A stretch of 64,000 nt of DNA from Bugula neritina. Lineage: Eukaryota > Animalia > Bryozoa. The position numbers and the translations under genes were made by a program. Positions 25,203-39,369 of this stretch are shown one piece after another (position 1 is the stretch's first letter; every line of letters starts with the position of its first letter). The notes beneath the pieces are model-generated. The model worked only from the letters and a program-made list of their open reading frames with translations, was not told the origin of the DNA and searched no databases. The DNA lies in the NCBI GenBank assembly GCA_964035545.1, contig OZ037770.1, forward strand, positions 11,552,463-11,616,462, read 5' to 3'.

Positions 25203-28200
25203 ATGGCTGCAGCAGAAGAAGTTGAGTGTGGATTCTGTTTACTAAAAGAAGGTTTAGAGAATCCCAAGTGTCTACCATGTGGTCATGTACACTGTTTACT
25301 GTGTCTTACTCGTAATGTTGATGTGAATGACATGATCAGGTGTCCCTGGTGTAGGTAAGTTAGTTTTGTATAGACAGAGCTGAGACATACTGTTGGTAAA
25401 GAGTTAATTATTTACATCAGCTGTTTTACCTTATACTAAACTAAACTTTTATATTTTTCTGTTATAATATAGTTTCAATAGTTATGTGTCTTGTCATAGA
25501 GAAGTGTTTGATGAGAGAGTGGAAAGTCTTCCATCCGCTGATGTAGCAGACAACTCCGTATCATGTGACGTCTGCACTAAAAAGGGACTGAAGAAAGTAC
25601 CAGCAGTTATATACTGTACTGTGTGCCGTAAACTCTTCTGCAGAAAACATGATGAGGTGATACTTTCATTAAATACTTCTTCAGTTGATGTTCAACACTG
25701 CATACTCTAACTCAGCCTCTGATTACATATTGTTGTACTTGAATGTTGATTTATAAGAAAGCACTGAGAGATCATGTTTCACTTTTATCTGTTTTATCTG
25801 CTCTCATGTAAACTGCACATTTATTTTTAGACTTTGTGTTAGTGAGAATTTTTATGCTCCTATAAATATTTGTAAATGTTTATATCACGTATTTGTAAGT
25901 TTCGTTTCTTTTCCACTATATGGATAGTGGAGTTATATTTCTCAGTAAATAAATATTCTGTTATATTTAGTCACATGATGAAACTGGAGATGACCACCAG
26001 AAGATGACCATATCTGACTACAGAATACAAGCCAAGAGACTGGAGAAAAGAATTTGTCCCAAACACACAGCATATCCTTACATACAAGGATGCAGAGCTT
26101 GTGTTCAGTTATTCTGTATGCAGTGCACATCTCAGACTAACTTTTGTGTTGGAGGTAAAAGAATCTACTGAAAGTTATTTGCTAAACGTTGGGAAATTTG
26201 ACAAACTATATTACTTACCTCAGTAACTCTTGTAATAAAGCTGCCTCCTCTAGGAACCAAACTTCGGTCCTCCAACTAGCAAGCTAACGCGCTACTCATT
26301 ACACTATGAGGGCTACTAGGGTATCACAACACTATAAATCTGAAGCTAGTATAGAGAAATGGTTTACTAACTTTACTTATAGTAGAATTATCTAACTCGT
26401 TATTTTTAAACTAGAGATTCAGCAGTAGGCAAATAATTTTTAAATTATAAAATGTAGTCAATTGAACATTTAAAATAAAAATTAGAAATAATGAATGTAG
26501 GACAATAGTAAGACATTTATGATGATATATATTAATAATTATTTTATGTAGCTAGTATTATGTCTATTAGTATAGATAAAAACCCCTCATTTCGTCAAGT
26601 CCGCACATTTAATGCAAAAGCTGTACAAATAGTGGTTATGAGTGCTGTATTCCGTCAAATCTGAGTGAATTTTTGTAAATTCAAATGTCACTCACTTATA
26701 CAGCCTGTCTAAGCTTTGTCACGATTTTGCCACGGTGAAGTTTAGTTTTTATTTTCATTTTAGACTCACCACACCACATGGTTAATCTAGATGATTTAAT
26801 CAAAGAGCTTATCAATATAGATGATCTTCTCACCACTGAAGACAAGATGTCTGCTTTCTCCAAACACCTTTCCAAAACTGTGTCAGACTTTGATAATGAG
26901 ACGGAAGAATTGCTGAATATTCTTCATACACAGCGTGATGAACAGGTTCATGTGTTTATTGAAATACTTTCTGTTACTCTGTAATCTACATTCTGTAGTC
27001 AGGTGTTAGTAAAACATTACAATACTAATACTTAAGAGTAACAGCTAGCTAACTAGTTACTATTCTGTGTTTATTAACTCAATTTTGGAAAACTTTTTCT
27101 AATAAGTTGTCAATATTCTACAATGTGATGATACAATGTATGATGCAGTTAACTGAAGTGAGACTAAAGTATGAGAAACTGGAGAAGGAATTCTTAGCTA
27201 GTAGAAAGAAGACTAAAGAGGAACTGAACAGATACATGGAGAGAGAAGTTGAAACTGTTTTGTCTCAACTGAGTAACAGTAGAATGAAGGTAGAAGCTCA
27301 ACTTAGACAAAACCATCAGGTGATCAGTGTTCACTATATGTTAGCATAAGAAATTTAGGCTATGTCTTTTGTGTGAATCTTTAATAATGCACTAGCATGC
27401 TGTATATGCATGAAATGCGTTGAAAATTAAAGGAAATAATGTAAGACTCACGTTGACCATCTCCATGCCTAATTATTTATATTCGTTTTAGCTCTATAGT
27501 TGTGTGCTTACAAACTTCAATGTCTTCCAATATGGTGGGTAAAAGAATTGTTTTAAAGTTGTATTGTTCTAAATTTGTGAAATTCACAACTTTCACCAAA
27601 ATCGATATGTTCCTAAATAGTAGGTATACTAACTATAGTATATCTAAATAGTTGATTTGGTGCAATATGCTTGTACCAGGCACACCAAGCTTTTTACCCA
27701 TTTGTTACTTTATTGGAACTGTCGCACAAAAGATTAGGAAGTTCTCACTAAAAAGACTGTTTTTTAGTCCCACTGACCAATACTATGCTTGTTCACTGCA
27801 GGTAGATCTGGTTGAAGGATTTGCAGAGATTAAAGAGAGAATACAGAGACTGATATCTGTTGAGATACCTGAACTAGAGCTGTGTGACGTCATGTCTCTA
27901 AAGGTCAAAGGTCAGTATACTAAACTAGAGTTGTATGATGTCATGTCTCTAAAGGTCAAAGGTTAGTATACTGGACTAGAGCTGTGTGATGTCATGTCTG
28001 TAAAGGTCAAAGGTTAGTATACTAACACCGGCTTTCCATGTACCGATCTCAGATCGATCTTAGCGAGATCGATCCATGGAAAGACTCCAAAGATCGATCT
28101 CCGTCGATCTGAGCTGGTCGGTCTGTAGAGCTCGAACTCAGATCGATCTCATGTCAATAAGACCATGGAAAGACGCCGGATCGATCTGAGAAGTAGAAAA

Positions 28201-30115
28201 AGACTGCGCGCTACAATGTTGTCTGCTAATAAAAATGATAACTTATTGATAATTACTAAGCAAAGCATTAAATAATTATGATAGCCACCTTTTCAGATGC
28301 CAGAACTTTGACTTTCAGTACAATGATTAAGAAAACTCAATTATATGCAGTAGAAGGTAAAAAAATGGGAGAATTTAAATTGAATTTAAATGACGAATAA
28401 AACTTAGTTTCATTAGCTATTTTCTTTGTAATTTTTAGCCTAACAATCCTGTAAGTTTATTAATAATCTGCAAGACAGCCATTAATTTTATATAAGCTAG
28501 TCAAACTAAAAAATTAAAATTAATTATTTTAAATTGGCCAAATTACCATACACTGAAAGCTTTGCTGCGTATAGTTTATAGCTGGGATTAAATTTTAGAC
28601 TAGGACCATCTTGTTTTCAACAGTAGTAGCTTTAATCACTCAAATAGGTGAACAAATTATACTTTTAAAGTATCCTTCACTTAAGAGGAGGCAACTTCGA
28701 GAGATCGATCTGACACTCTCATGGAAAAACGATCGATCTGAGGACATTTCTCAGATCGATCTCAGCGAGATCGATCTGAGATCGGTACATGGAAAGCCCG
28801 TGTAAACTAGAGCTGTGTGATATCATGTCTCTAAAGGTCAAAGGTTAGCATACTAGACTGTAGAATTCTTGTACTAGTGCACCTTTATTAAGATATTTAA
28901 AATAATCATGTATCTGCATTGCATCTGATAAGTGCTCTTCATGTGTGTGCAACTACTGGTTAGAAAATTTGAATATGATCAGTTGAAATAGCCCTGTGTG
29001 TAAGAGTCAGAGTTTCTATTAATAGAATATATATACATACTCACTTTTATATGACATACATATTTTATATACATTCTCACTTATACATAAGTATGCACAC
29101 ATACACACATATTCACATGTATATTGTAGAAGAGAAGAGAGAAATAGAAATAGACTTGGTTCCTGCAGCAGACATGATTATTAGCTTAGATCAAGGAGTG
29201 ACAACTCCTACTCTTCCTAAATCTCTCACACTCTTGCAGTCTGTTGATGTTTCTAGTTACTGTTGGTCTGTCTGTAAATATGAGAGTAACACTTATGTAG
29301 GGCTGAGTGGTAGAGCAAGGATAGACAGAATAGATGATAATTTCAGTGTATACAAATCATTCATTTCTCTTACCAATTCTGTAGCTGGAATCACAGTACA
29401 TAGGAACAAGCTGTATGCTCTACAGGGTATCACCAGCACTAATTGGACAGTACATGTGTATGATCTTACTGGGAAACAGGTGACCAGCTGGTCTCATCAT
29501 GATAATTTTGGGTATATAAACAAACTTGCTATTGTTGATGGTCAGGTTGTAGTTCCTGATAGAGGCAATAAGAGGCTTAAAATCTACTCTCTTACTGGGG
29601 AGGTAATTAAACATGTCCCCTGCCCTCTACTTATCGATGGTAATACAGCAATATGTGCAGCAAACAGACATTGTGTAGTAGTTTCTCAGTATGGTTCCTC
29701 TCAAGTATTTAAACTAGACTTGACAACAGAGAAAGTCATCTGGATATGCAAGGATGTATCTCAACCAGAAGGTGTGACCTGCTATAGAAGTAAATATATT
29801 CTTGTGACTAACCGCAGCAGTAAAACCACCATCTGGATACTGGATGTGGAGACAGGTTAGTTTTACATTGGTTAGTTAACTACTGTTACCAATATATTAG
29901 TATTTCTCAGAGTCTCACACTATAAAATATACTATGCTAAGTACTAGTGATGACACACTAATACATCATTTCCTGTTACAGGTACACAACTGTCCAAAGT
30001 AGACGATCCAACTGATAGAACTGTGAGTGGTGTGTTTGATCTTCATGTGTATAAAGACACTCTGATTGTACCTAGATGTGATGAGAAGAAAGTTCTGTTT
30101 TACCAGCTAAACTAA
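25203..30115 (+). CDS. TRIM-like E3 ligase copy 4, ~604 aa, intact
   Basis: Exons 25203-25354, 25500-25656, 25971-26154, 26764-26945, 27149-27319, 27802-27910, 29130-29855, 29982-30115; in frame, GT-AG. Confidence 0.92.
28026..28802. mobile_element. Family A DNA transposon in copy 4 intron 6
   Basis: CACCGGCTTTCCATG... / ...CATGGAAAGCCCGTG, TSD TAA, inserted within a 51-bp repeat unit. Confidence 0.9.
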
Positions 30116-33100
30116 ACAGGTGTGTGACAGGATATTATTCCATCTTGTGTTACATTTATTATATTGTTTATCTCACTAGACTCTGTTTGAATACATCTGG
30201 TGCCCAACTCTGTGTTTTCTACTAATATACATATTTGTGATGATATGTCTGAGATGTACAACTTCTACATATACACTGTGCCTGTTATTTCTAGATGATT
30301 CTCAAAGTTGATTCTGTAGACTGAGTTCTTCAACACAGAGCAATGATGGAGTGTGGGAGGCTGTATGACGTCCCAATAACTAACTTATACAGCTATACAT
30401 TGTGCGGAGGGCTGTATGACGTCCCAGTAACTAACTCACGCACCTAAAAATAACTACTTTCAAGAAATAATTTATCATCACTTTTACCAGGCCTATTCCA
30501 CACAACCTGCATGACTTCACGGTGTTAACTAGCCTGTAAATTTATTTATCTAACATGATTTGTATTGAATGGTCACGTAGAGATCAATGTATTTATAATG
30601 GTTAATCTATGTCTGCATAATTTCCTACAAACTGAAATATTATTATATCGCAATGTTTATTGTTTACTATCAAATATCAACCACTACTACTGCTACATTA
30701 ATTTTGCTGTTATAAAGTTGTGTATTTTGACTGATGACCATAATACATGATTTATTACTTGATTTTTGTCTACACAAGAATTAACTCCATATTGCTAATT
30801 AGATTTTATGTTTGAATTTGATTCTTATTTTCTTTAAATATTCTGTGAAATAAACTGCCTTTGTTTGTGGGCTATAAATATTCTTGATTGGACCTCTGAA
30901 TGCAACATCACAGAGTTATGTAATAGTTGACTGTATTGTCGTTTTACAGAAAGTTTTTTAAACATTACATGCCATAGCATCCATGTTTGGAAATCGATTT
31001 AGGCAGCAAAAAGTTTGGGGTCACTGAGTGTCTTTGCCAAGGACTTCTCCAGTTTGGGTATGGACCTCAAATGATATTGTTCACTGAACATTGAACTCAG
31101 TGACCTTGAACTTTGTGCTGCCCTTAACCATAATTTATTAATTCCACCCATAGTGCATAGTTTACTACATAGTTATGACCTACACTAGAGGTGTCCAAAT
31201 TCAGGTACTAAAGCTACACGTGATGCCCAACCTTTAAACCATGATACTATAAAAGTGTCTAATTTCAATCACAATAGGTCTGTGTGGGCCAACTAATATC
31301 TACTTGTAAACCAAATGGTAGAGTCTAGAACCAGTATAAGTTATGATAGCATTACTTCCTGTTTACCTGGTTACCAATAGCAACAATGTTGCATGAATAT
31401 CAGTCAGGTATTGTGAGGGTACACGAAACCTGTATAAGTATATTTGTAAAGTAATTACTAATGTGGTAGTAGTATATAGTATTGGACAGTCTCTGATATG
31501 TTAGTAACATCTTTGAGTTGTTACACCTGACTTCTCCATATGGTGATGGTAAGATTCTTTAACCTCAGGTCTAGTCTACTGACAATTTGTATGACTTTCA
31601 GTTTGAGTGACTGTTTGAGATCCTTGAGTGGCAACATAACCATCATAATCATTTGATTGGCTGTGTTAGAATAATAGTCAAAGTGATTAATTATTCCATT
31701 ATATTCTATAAACAGTGAATAAATTAATAAATTAAAGTGGTTACAGCTACTAATAGCAAAATATTTTACTATAAACGCATCACCATGCCGTATACCTGCA
31801 ATAAAATTTACAGAATTTATATTCTGTGTAGAGTATAATATAAGTAATGTAGCAGCCTGTTATATAGAGATACTTGGAGACTCTTGCTGGGGTTATGTTC
31901 AAGTTTATTGGCTCAGCACTTTGGGTTTCTTTTATTGCATTCCCAGACAGTATTTCACATGATGTAGAGTTTAAAGTATAGCTACACCAGTGTAACTGTA
32001 CCAAGTATTCACAACTGTTTTCTGTAAACAGAATAACCACATTGTGATAAGAAGTCAGTCTGATATGTCACTAAGTACAACTAACAGGACTTTATAATGA
32101 TGCAGGATATAAATAACTCAGAGACCCTCTGTGGGGGAGACAACACCCTGTATTATGAACTCATGATCTTTCTGACAGCATATCTTAGTGCTGATGTACT
32201 TTCTGCTATATTGACATCTGTTTTCTGTTTCATTTGTATCTCAAAGACTTGAAGTTTGTTTTGAATACAGAAAGTTATATATAAGAGGCTGCAATAAAGC
32301 TCTATGATGCAGTAACTGGTTTATGTACATTTTCTTTTATACCTGCATTTCAAATAATTACTATACTATTATTTATTACAGCAGATATCGTAGCTACAAT
32401 AAATCATGGCAATTGTTTTATTATAGATAAAATTAAACCTAAGTAGTCAAATAAATGGTGGACCGATACCATCTACGTCACGAAAATGTTATTAGTGCTT
32501 TCAAGGTTGGAAACATTGAGTATACTTACGAAGATAAAGGGCATGGTAACATACACAACATAGTTTGTTGGCCTTTAAACTGCAAATCTAATAGCTTATA
32601 GCTTATATATGCATATATATTGAAAAACTAAATTCCACACCTAATTCCATTTTTATCCATATTCTATTTAATATTATTCTTTCCAATAATTGTGGAGTAT
32701 TTCATCTACAGATTACTTTAAAGTTTAAAACCTAGTTCACACTTATAAATGGTATAATAGAAGAATCACTATCCAAGGAACAGTTGTAGTCTGTATTGGT
32801 TAGTGAAGTCATAGCTGCTCCACTGCTAGTACAAACAGAAACTGCACTCATGCAAACCCAAAGTTGCCAACATGGTGAGGGCTAGTCCCTTTGTTATAAA
32901 GATTGTCACATGGCTATCTATTGTAAAGCATAAAAGTGAAATTCATAAAATGATGGACAAACTACAATGGCATATGAAGCATCCAGCACATTATAATATA
33001 CAGTGCTCCCTCTGTATCTCACTAAGCGACAGGTGTAAAACCTCAACTCGTGTCATATTAGAATGCCAGATTCAACTCACGGATCAGTTGAAATTGGTGA

Positions 33101-33315
33101 TTAGGTTCCTATACACACATACATCAGCCACAAAACAGGGGTCAAGCTGTTCTCGTGACCTATAGAAATTCGTGAGAAAGGGGTCCTTGAGATCCACTGT
33201 ATCAAATACTATCTATTGGGCACAGGTTTTGTTTGGAAAGATAACTCTGAAGGAGGAAGCGATACGTACATGGTGCTGCAACGCTCATCAATAGTGTTAT
33301 TACTGCGTGCGTTGT

Positions 33316-33327
33316 GGGGAATTCCCC
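33316..33327. promoter_or_regulatory. NF-kB/Rel-type site upstream of copy 5
   Basis: GGGGAATTCCCC in the same conserved module. Confidence 0.65.
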
Positions 33328-33442
33328 CAGTCCAGGGTAAGCGTTTTTTTAATCCCGCATCTGCGCAGAAAGGTCTAACGCTAACAGGAACTATAAGTAG
33401 TTCCATAGGTCTTCCGTGATGAGGTGAAGTTTGCCCCATTAA

Positions 33443-33840
33443 CCCTTTCATGCATGAATTATCTTTTAACAGCAAATTTCTAAATATTTTTGCTGAATAT
33501 AATTGATTTCATGTCTCTCAACATAAAATAACAACTTTTTTCAATTTTCATCCAGTAGATGCGAAAAAAAGATTAGTATCTACATAGGTGGACGCCATGC
33601 ATTTACTATAGAAATAGTCTACAAGGGAAAACAAGGAAAGCTTGCAAGTGAAACAGCAATTCGAAATTTTCTTTTAATTAGTTGACCTTGATCTTTTTAC
33701 ACAAAGTTATTTTATAGTAGAATGAAAAACCCTTAAACAATGCTGAAAAACTTATTAGAAAATGTGAAATATCAAAATTTTAAGCTATTTTGGTGCAACA
33801 AAGGCAGCGTCCACATATGTGGACGCTGCGCATGAAAGGG
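33443..33840. mobile_element. piggyBac-like MITE in the upstream module of copy 5
   Basis: TIR CCCTTTCATGC / GCATGAAAGGG, TTAA TSD; empty sites (CCCATTAATTG) at ~6515 and ~24019. Confidence 0.9.
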
Positions 33841-35041
33841 TTAATTGTTTACCAACAGCAATAACTTTTAGTGTTAGCAAACTTGAAAGCGATGTTCATT
33901 GTTTTCAAATTTTGGTTTTAAAGTCAACTTATTGTAGTTCTATTATCTCTAGTTTCGGATAGTTATGCTGATAGTGACACTCATAGTCATACTCATAGAG
34001 TCAGAGTGATAGTCATACTGATACTCATACCCATAGTCATACTGATACTCATACTCATACTGTTTCACACAGTCTCACTCACTTGGCTCATAGTGATAGT
34101 CAGTGACAGTCACACTGACACCCACTCACAGTACCACGCATAGTCTTGCTGTCACACTCACTGCCACAGTGTTTTGATAATGACAATCACAATGATTATG
34201 ATAACATTTCTCATCAGCAACTGCAAGATACTTGTGATTTAGTTACTATTTGTCAGTCTCATGATCATCTTCATCTTGAGTTTGTACTTTACGTTCTCAT
34301 GATGATGATGCTGGTAATCATAGTCATAATCATAATGATGTTGAAGTTTAATTTATCAAATGATACAAAATAAAGTATTAGTAAAGCATATGTTTTGTAA
34401 TTTTATAAAACTGCTCAACAGAACTCATTAAACTTACAGGGCCTCTGCTGTAGACTGTAGAGGTAGATGCAGTAACAGAAGCATTAGAAACCACATATAT
34501 TTATAACCATTTACAATACAATAATTCCAATTTCTTCACATTCTATTAAATGTCAATAAAATGCATCACTTTTTGGAATATTGAGTGAATTGCGAGGAAA
34601 ACCTAATTCAAGAACCTTCATAATTTTTGTGGCTACAATTCCCAATTCTTAGAATAATTATTAAGAAAATTCCTCTTGTTACTAATTGATTTATTATGTA
34701 ATAGCTCTGAACCATTATCTGCAGGTACTGCAGTACACAAGTGTGTTTTTACATCTTGGTATTTCAATATATAGTTTATTATACAGCAAGGGTTCATTAT
34801 TGAAAAGATCGTTTTTAAGTTTTAGAGAGTGATTGAAATACATTATATCAGCTCTGCAGTTTTATAGTTGAGTTACATTCTACATTGTTTAAAGATATTA
34901 AGTAGTGAGTCAGAAGAGACACAAACATAAACTACTAAATTCTCTCATTACAGTAAACTACATGGAATCTGAATACACTTTATAATATGATATAATATAA
35001 TATAATATGTTTTCCTGTTTTATAATATAGAGTTGAGTGAA

Positions 35042-38000
35042 ATGGCTGCAGCAGAAGAAGTTGAGTGTGGATTCTGTTTACTAAAAGAAGGTTTAGAGAA
35101 TCCCAAATGTCTACCATGTGGTCATGTACACTGTTTACTGTGTCTTACTCGTAATGTTGATGTGAATGACATGATCAGGTGTCCCTGGTGTAGGTAAGTT
35201 AGTTTTGTATAGGCAGAGCTGAGACATACTGTTGGTAAGGAGTTAATGATTTACATCAGATGTTTTACCTTATACTGAATTTTTACATTACGTTATATAT
35301 ATTTTAGATTATTACTAATTAATTATGTGTCTTGTCACAGGGAAGTGTTTGATGTGAGAGTGGAGAATCTTCCATCCGCTGATGTTGCAGACAACTCCGT
35401 ATCATGTGACGTCTGCACTAAAAAGGGGCTGAAGAAAGTACCAGCCATCATATACTGTACTGTGTGCCGTAAACTCTTCTGCAGAAAACATGATGAGGTG
35501 ATACTTTCATTAAATACTTCTTCAGTTGATGTTCAACACTGCATACTCTAACTCAGCCTCTGATTACATATTGGTGTACTTGAATGTTGATTTATAAGAA
35601 AGCACTGAGAGATCATGTTTCACTTTTATCTGTTGTATCTGCTCTCATGTAAACTGCACATTTATTTTTAGACTTTGTGTTAGTGGGAATTTTTATGTTC
35701 CTATAAATATTTGTAAATGTTTATATCATGTATTTGTAAGTTTCGTTTCTTTTCCACTATATGGATAGATGAGTTATATTTCTCAGTAAATAAATATCCT
35801 GTTATATTCAGTCACATGATGACACCAATGATGACCACCAGAAGATGACCATCTCGGACTACAGAATACAAGCCAAGAGACTAGAGAAAAGAGTTTGTCC
35901 CAAACACACAGCATATCCCTACATACAAGGATGTAGAGTCTGTGTTCAGTTATTCTGTATGCAGTGCGTATCTCAGACTAACTTTTGTGTTGGAGGTAAG
36001 ATGGTCTACTGAAATTTATTTGCTAAACGCTGGGAAATTTGATAAACTATATTACTATCTCAGTAACTCTTGTAATAAAGCTGCCTCCTCTAGGAATCAA
36101 ACTTCAGTCCTCCAACTAGCAAGCTAACGCGCTACTCATTACACTATGAGGGCTACTAGGGTATCACAACACTAGAAATCTGAAGCTAGTATAGAGAGAT
36201 GGTTTACTAACTTTACTTATGGTAGAATTATCTAACTCGTTATTTTTAAATTAGAGATTCAGCAGTAGGCAAATAATTTTTAAGTTATGAAATGTAGTCA
36301 ATTGAACATTTAAAATAAAAATTAGAAATAATAAATGTAGGACAATAGTAAGGCATTTATGATGAAATATAATAATAATTATTTTATGTAGCTAGTATTA
36401 TGTCTATTAGTATAGATAAAAGCTTCCCATTTTGTCAAGTCTGCACACTTAATGCAAAAGCTGTACAAATAGTGGTTATGAGTGCTCTATTCCGTCAAAT
36501 CTGAGTGAATTTTTGTAAATTCAAATGTCACTCACTTGTACAGCCTGTCTAAGCTTTGTCACGATTTTGCCACGGTGAAGTTTAGTTTTTATTTTCATTT
36601 TAGACTCACCACACCACATGGTTAATCTAGATGATTTAATCAAAGAGCTTATCAATATAGATGATCTTCTCACCACTGAAAACAAGATGTCTGCTTTCTT
36701 CAAACACCTTTCTAAAACTGTGTCAGACTTTGATAATGAGACGGAGGGATTGCTGAATATTCTTCATACACAGCGTGATGAACAGGTTCTGTGTTTATAG
36801 AAATACTTTCTGTTACTCTGTAATCTACATTCTGTAGTCAGGTGTTAGTGAAGCATTACAATACTAATACTAATGAGTAACAGTTAGGTGACTAGCTACT
36901 ATTCTGTGTGAATTAAATCACTGTATTTTGTTTAAAAAGTTGCAACTTTTAAAATCAAATCTGAAAACTTTTTCTAATAAGTTGTCAATATTCTGCAATG
37001 TGCTGATACAATGTATGATGTAGTTGACTGAAGTGAGACTAAAGTATGAGAAACTGGAGAAGGAATTCTTAGCTAGTAGAAAGAAGACTAAAGAGGGACT
37101 GAACAGATACATGGAGAGAGAAGTTGGAACTGTTTTGTCTCAACTGAGTAACAGTAGAATGAAGATAGAAGCTCAACTTAGACAAAACCATCAGGTGAGC
37201 AGTGTTCACCATCTGTTTATAAAATATATTTAGAATATTGTTTTTATAGGTTTTTAAAAATAACTAAGCTTGCCTTTGTCATTTATTTCTGTTTCAGATT
37301 TACTTCAATATAAAAAAAAGTGAAAATAAAATAATTTACACAACTTATTGTTTTACATTTGCTGCAACTATCTTCACACCAGCCTTGATTATTCACTTCT
37401 TTTACAGCTGTAAAAGTGTTAACCACCTGCAAGCTAGGACATCATATCTGTATAGTTATAACATCAAATCCGTATAGTTATGGCATCATATCCGTATAGT
37501 TATGGCATCATATCCGTATAATTATGACATCATAGCTGTATAGTTGTGACATCATAGCTGTATAGTTATGAAATCATGATTATACAATTTTGTCAGCCCA
37601 AGTAAAGTTGTAGAGCTTAAGACTTGGCTTAAAGCAAGACTTGAATTTGTGAATGTCACAATTTCCACCTCCAAATGTCACTTTACAAACACACTTTGAA
37701 ATAAAATATTATGTATAGTTTATATTAGTATTTGTTTGTCACCACATTTGTGTGTAACATATGTATTATAATTGGTAATGTTGACATTTTTATGCATATC
37801 GTTATGTAAACATACACAGGGCTGACAACAGTTATTAAATGAAGTTATCTCCACATATCCCTGCATGCTGATGTTTGTTATATACTGTAGGTGGATCTGG
37901 TTGAAGGATTTGCAGAGATTAAAGAGAGAATACAGAGACTGATATCTGTTGAGATACCTAAACTAGAACTATGTGATGTCATGTCTCTAAAGGTCAAAGG

Positions 38001-39369
38001 TTAGTATACTAAACTAGAGCTGTGTGATGTCATGTCTCTAGAGGTTAAAGGTTAGCACACTAAGCTGGAGATTCTAGCGCACACACAGTATTATACTACT
38101 AATATTTTTAAAAGCTTCTAATAATCATGTATCTGCATTATATAATATAACGTATGAACTTTAACATTTGGCATCTTATCTGAAAATTAACCCCATGTGT
38201 GTGAAACTATTGGTTGGAAAATTTGAATATCTGTTCAGATAGCCCTGTGTGTAGGTTTACTCAGAGTTTCTATTAATAGAATTTATACACATACTCACTT
38301 TTATATGACATACATATTTTATATACATACTCACTTATATATAAGTATACACACATACACACATATTCACATGTATATTGTAGAAGAGAAGAGAGATGTA
38401 GAAATAGACTTGGTTCCTGCAGCAGACATGATTATTAGTTTAGAACAAGGAGTGACAACTCGTACTCTTCCTAAATCTCTCAAACTCATACAGTCTGTTG
38501 ATGTTTCTGATGAATGTTATTCTGTCTGTGAATATAAGGATAGCACTTATGTAGGGCTGGCATATGGTGCGGGGATAGACAGAATAGATGAGAGTTTCAG
38601 TGTTTCCAAGTCTTTTATTTCTCTTACTTCCTATGTAACTGGAGTCACAGTACATGGGAATAAGCTGTATGCTCTACAGGGTATCAGCAGCACTAATTGG
38701 GTGGTACATGTGTATGATCTTACTGGGAAACAGGTGACCAGCTGGTTTCACCATGATAGTAGTTACTGTGTAAACAAACTTGCCATTGTTGATGATCAGG
38801 TTGTGGTTCCTGATAGACACAGTAAAATACTTACAATCTACTCTCTTACTGGGGAGGTAATTAAACATGTCTCCTGCCCTCTACTCAGCGATAGTAATAC
38901 AGCAATATGTGCAGCAGACAGACATTGTGTAGTAGTTTCTGACTCTGGTTCTTCTCGAGTATTTAAATTAGATTTGACAACAAAGAAAGTCATCTGGACA
39001 TGCAAGGATGTATCTCATCCAGAAGGTGTGACCTGCTATAGAAGTAAATATATTCTTGTGACTAACTGCAGCAGTAAAACCACCATCTGGATACTGGATG
39101 TGGAGACAGGTTAGTTTTACATTGGTTAGTTAACTACTGTTACCAATATATTAGTATTTCTCACAGTTTCACACTATAAAATATACTATGCTATGTACTA
39201 ATGATGACACACTAATACATCATTTCCTGTTACAGGTACACTACTGTCCAAAGTAGAAGATCCAACTGATAGAGCTAGGAGTGGTGTGTGTGATCTCCAT
39301 GTGTATAAAGACACTCTGATTGTACCTAGATACAATGAGAAGAAAGTTCTGTTTTACCAGCTAAACTAA
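35042..39369 (+). CDS. TRIM-like E3 ligase copy 5, ~604 aa, intact
   Basis: Exons 35042-35193, 35341-35497, 35812-35995, 36604-36785, 37024-37194, 37891-37999, 38384-39109, 39236-39369; in frame, GT-AG. Confidence 0.92.
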
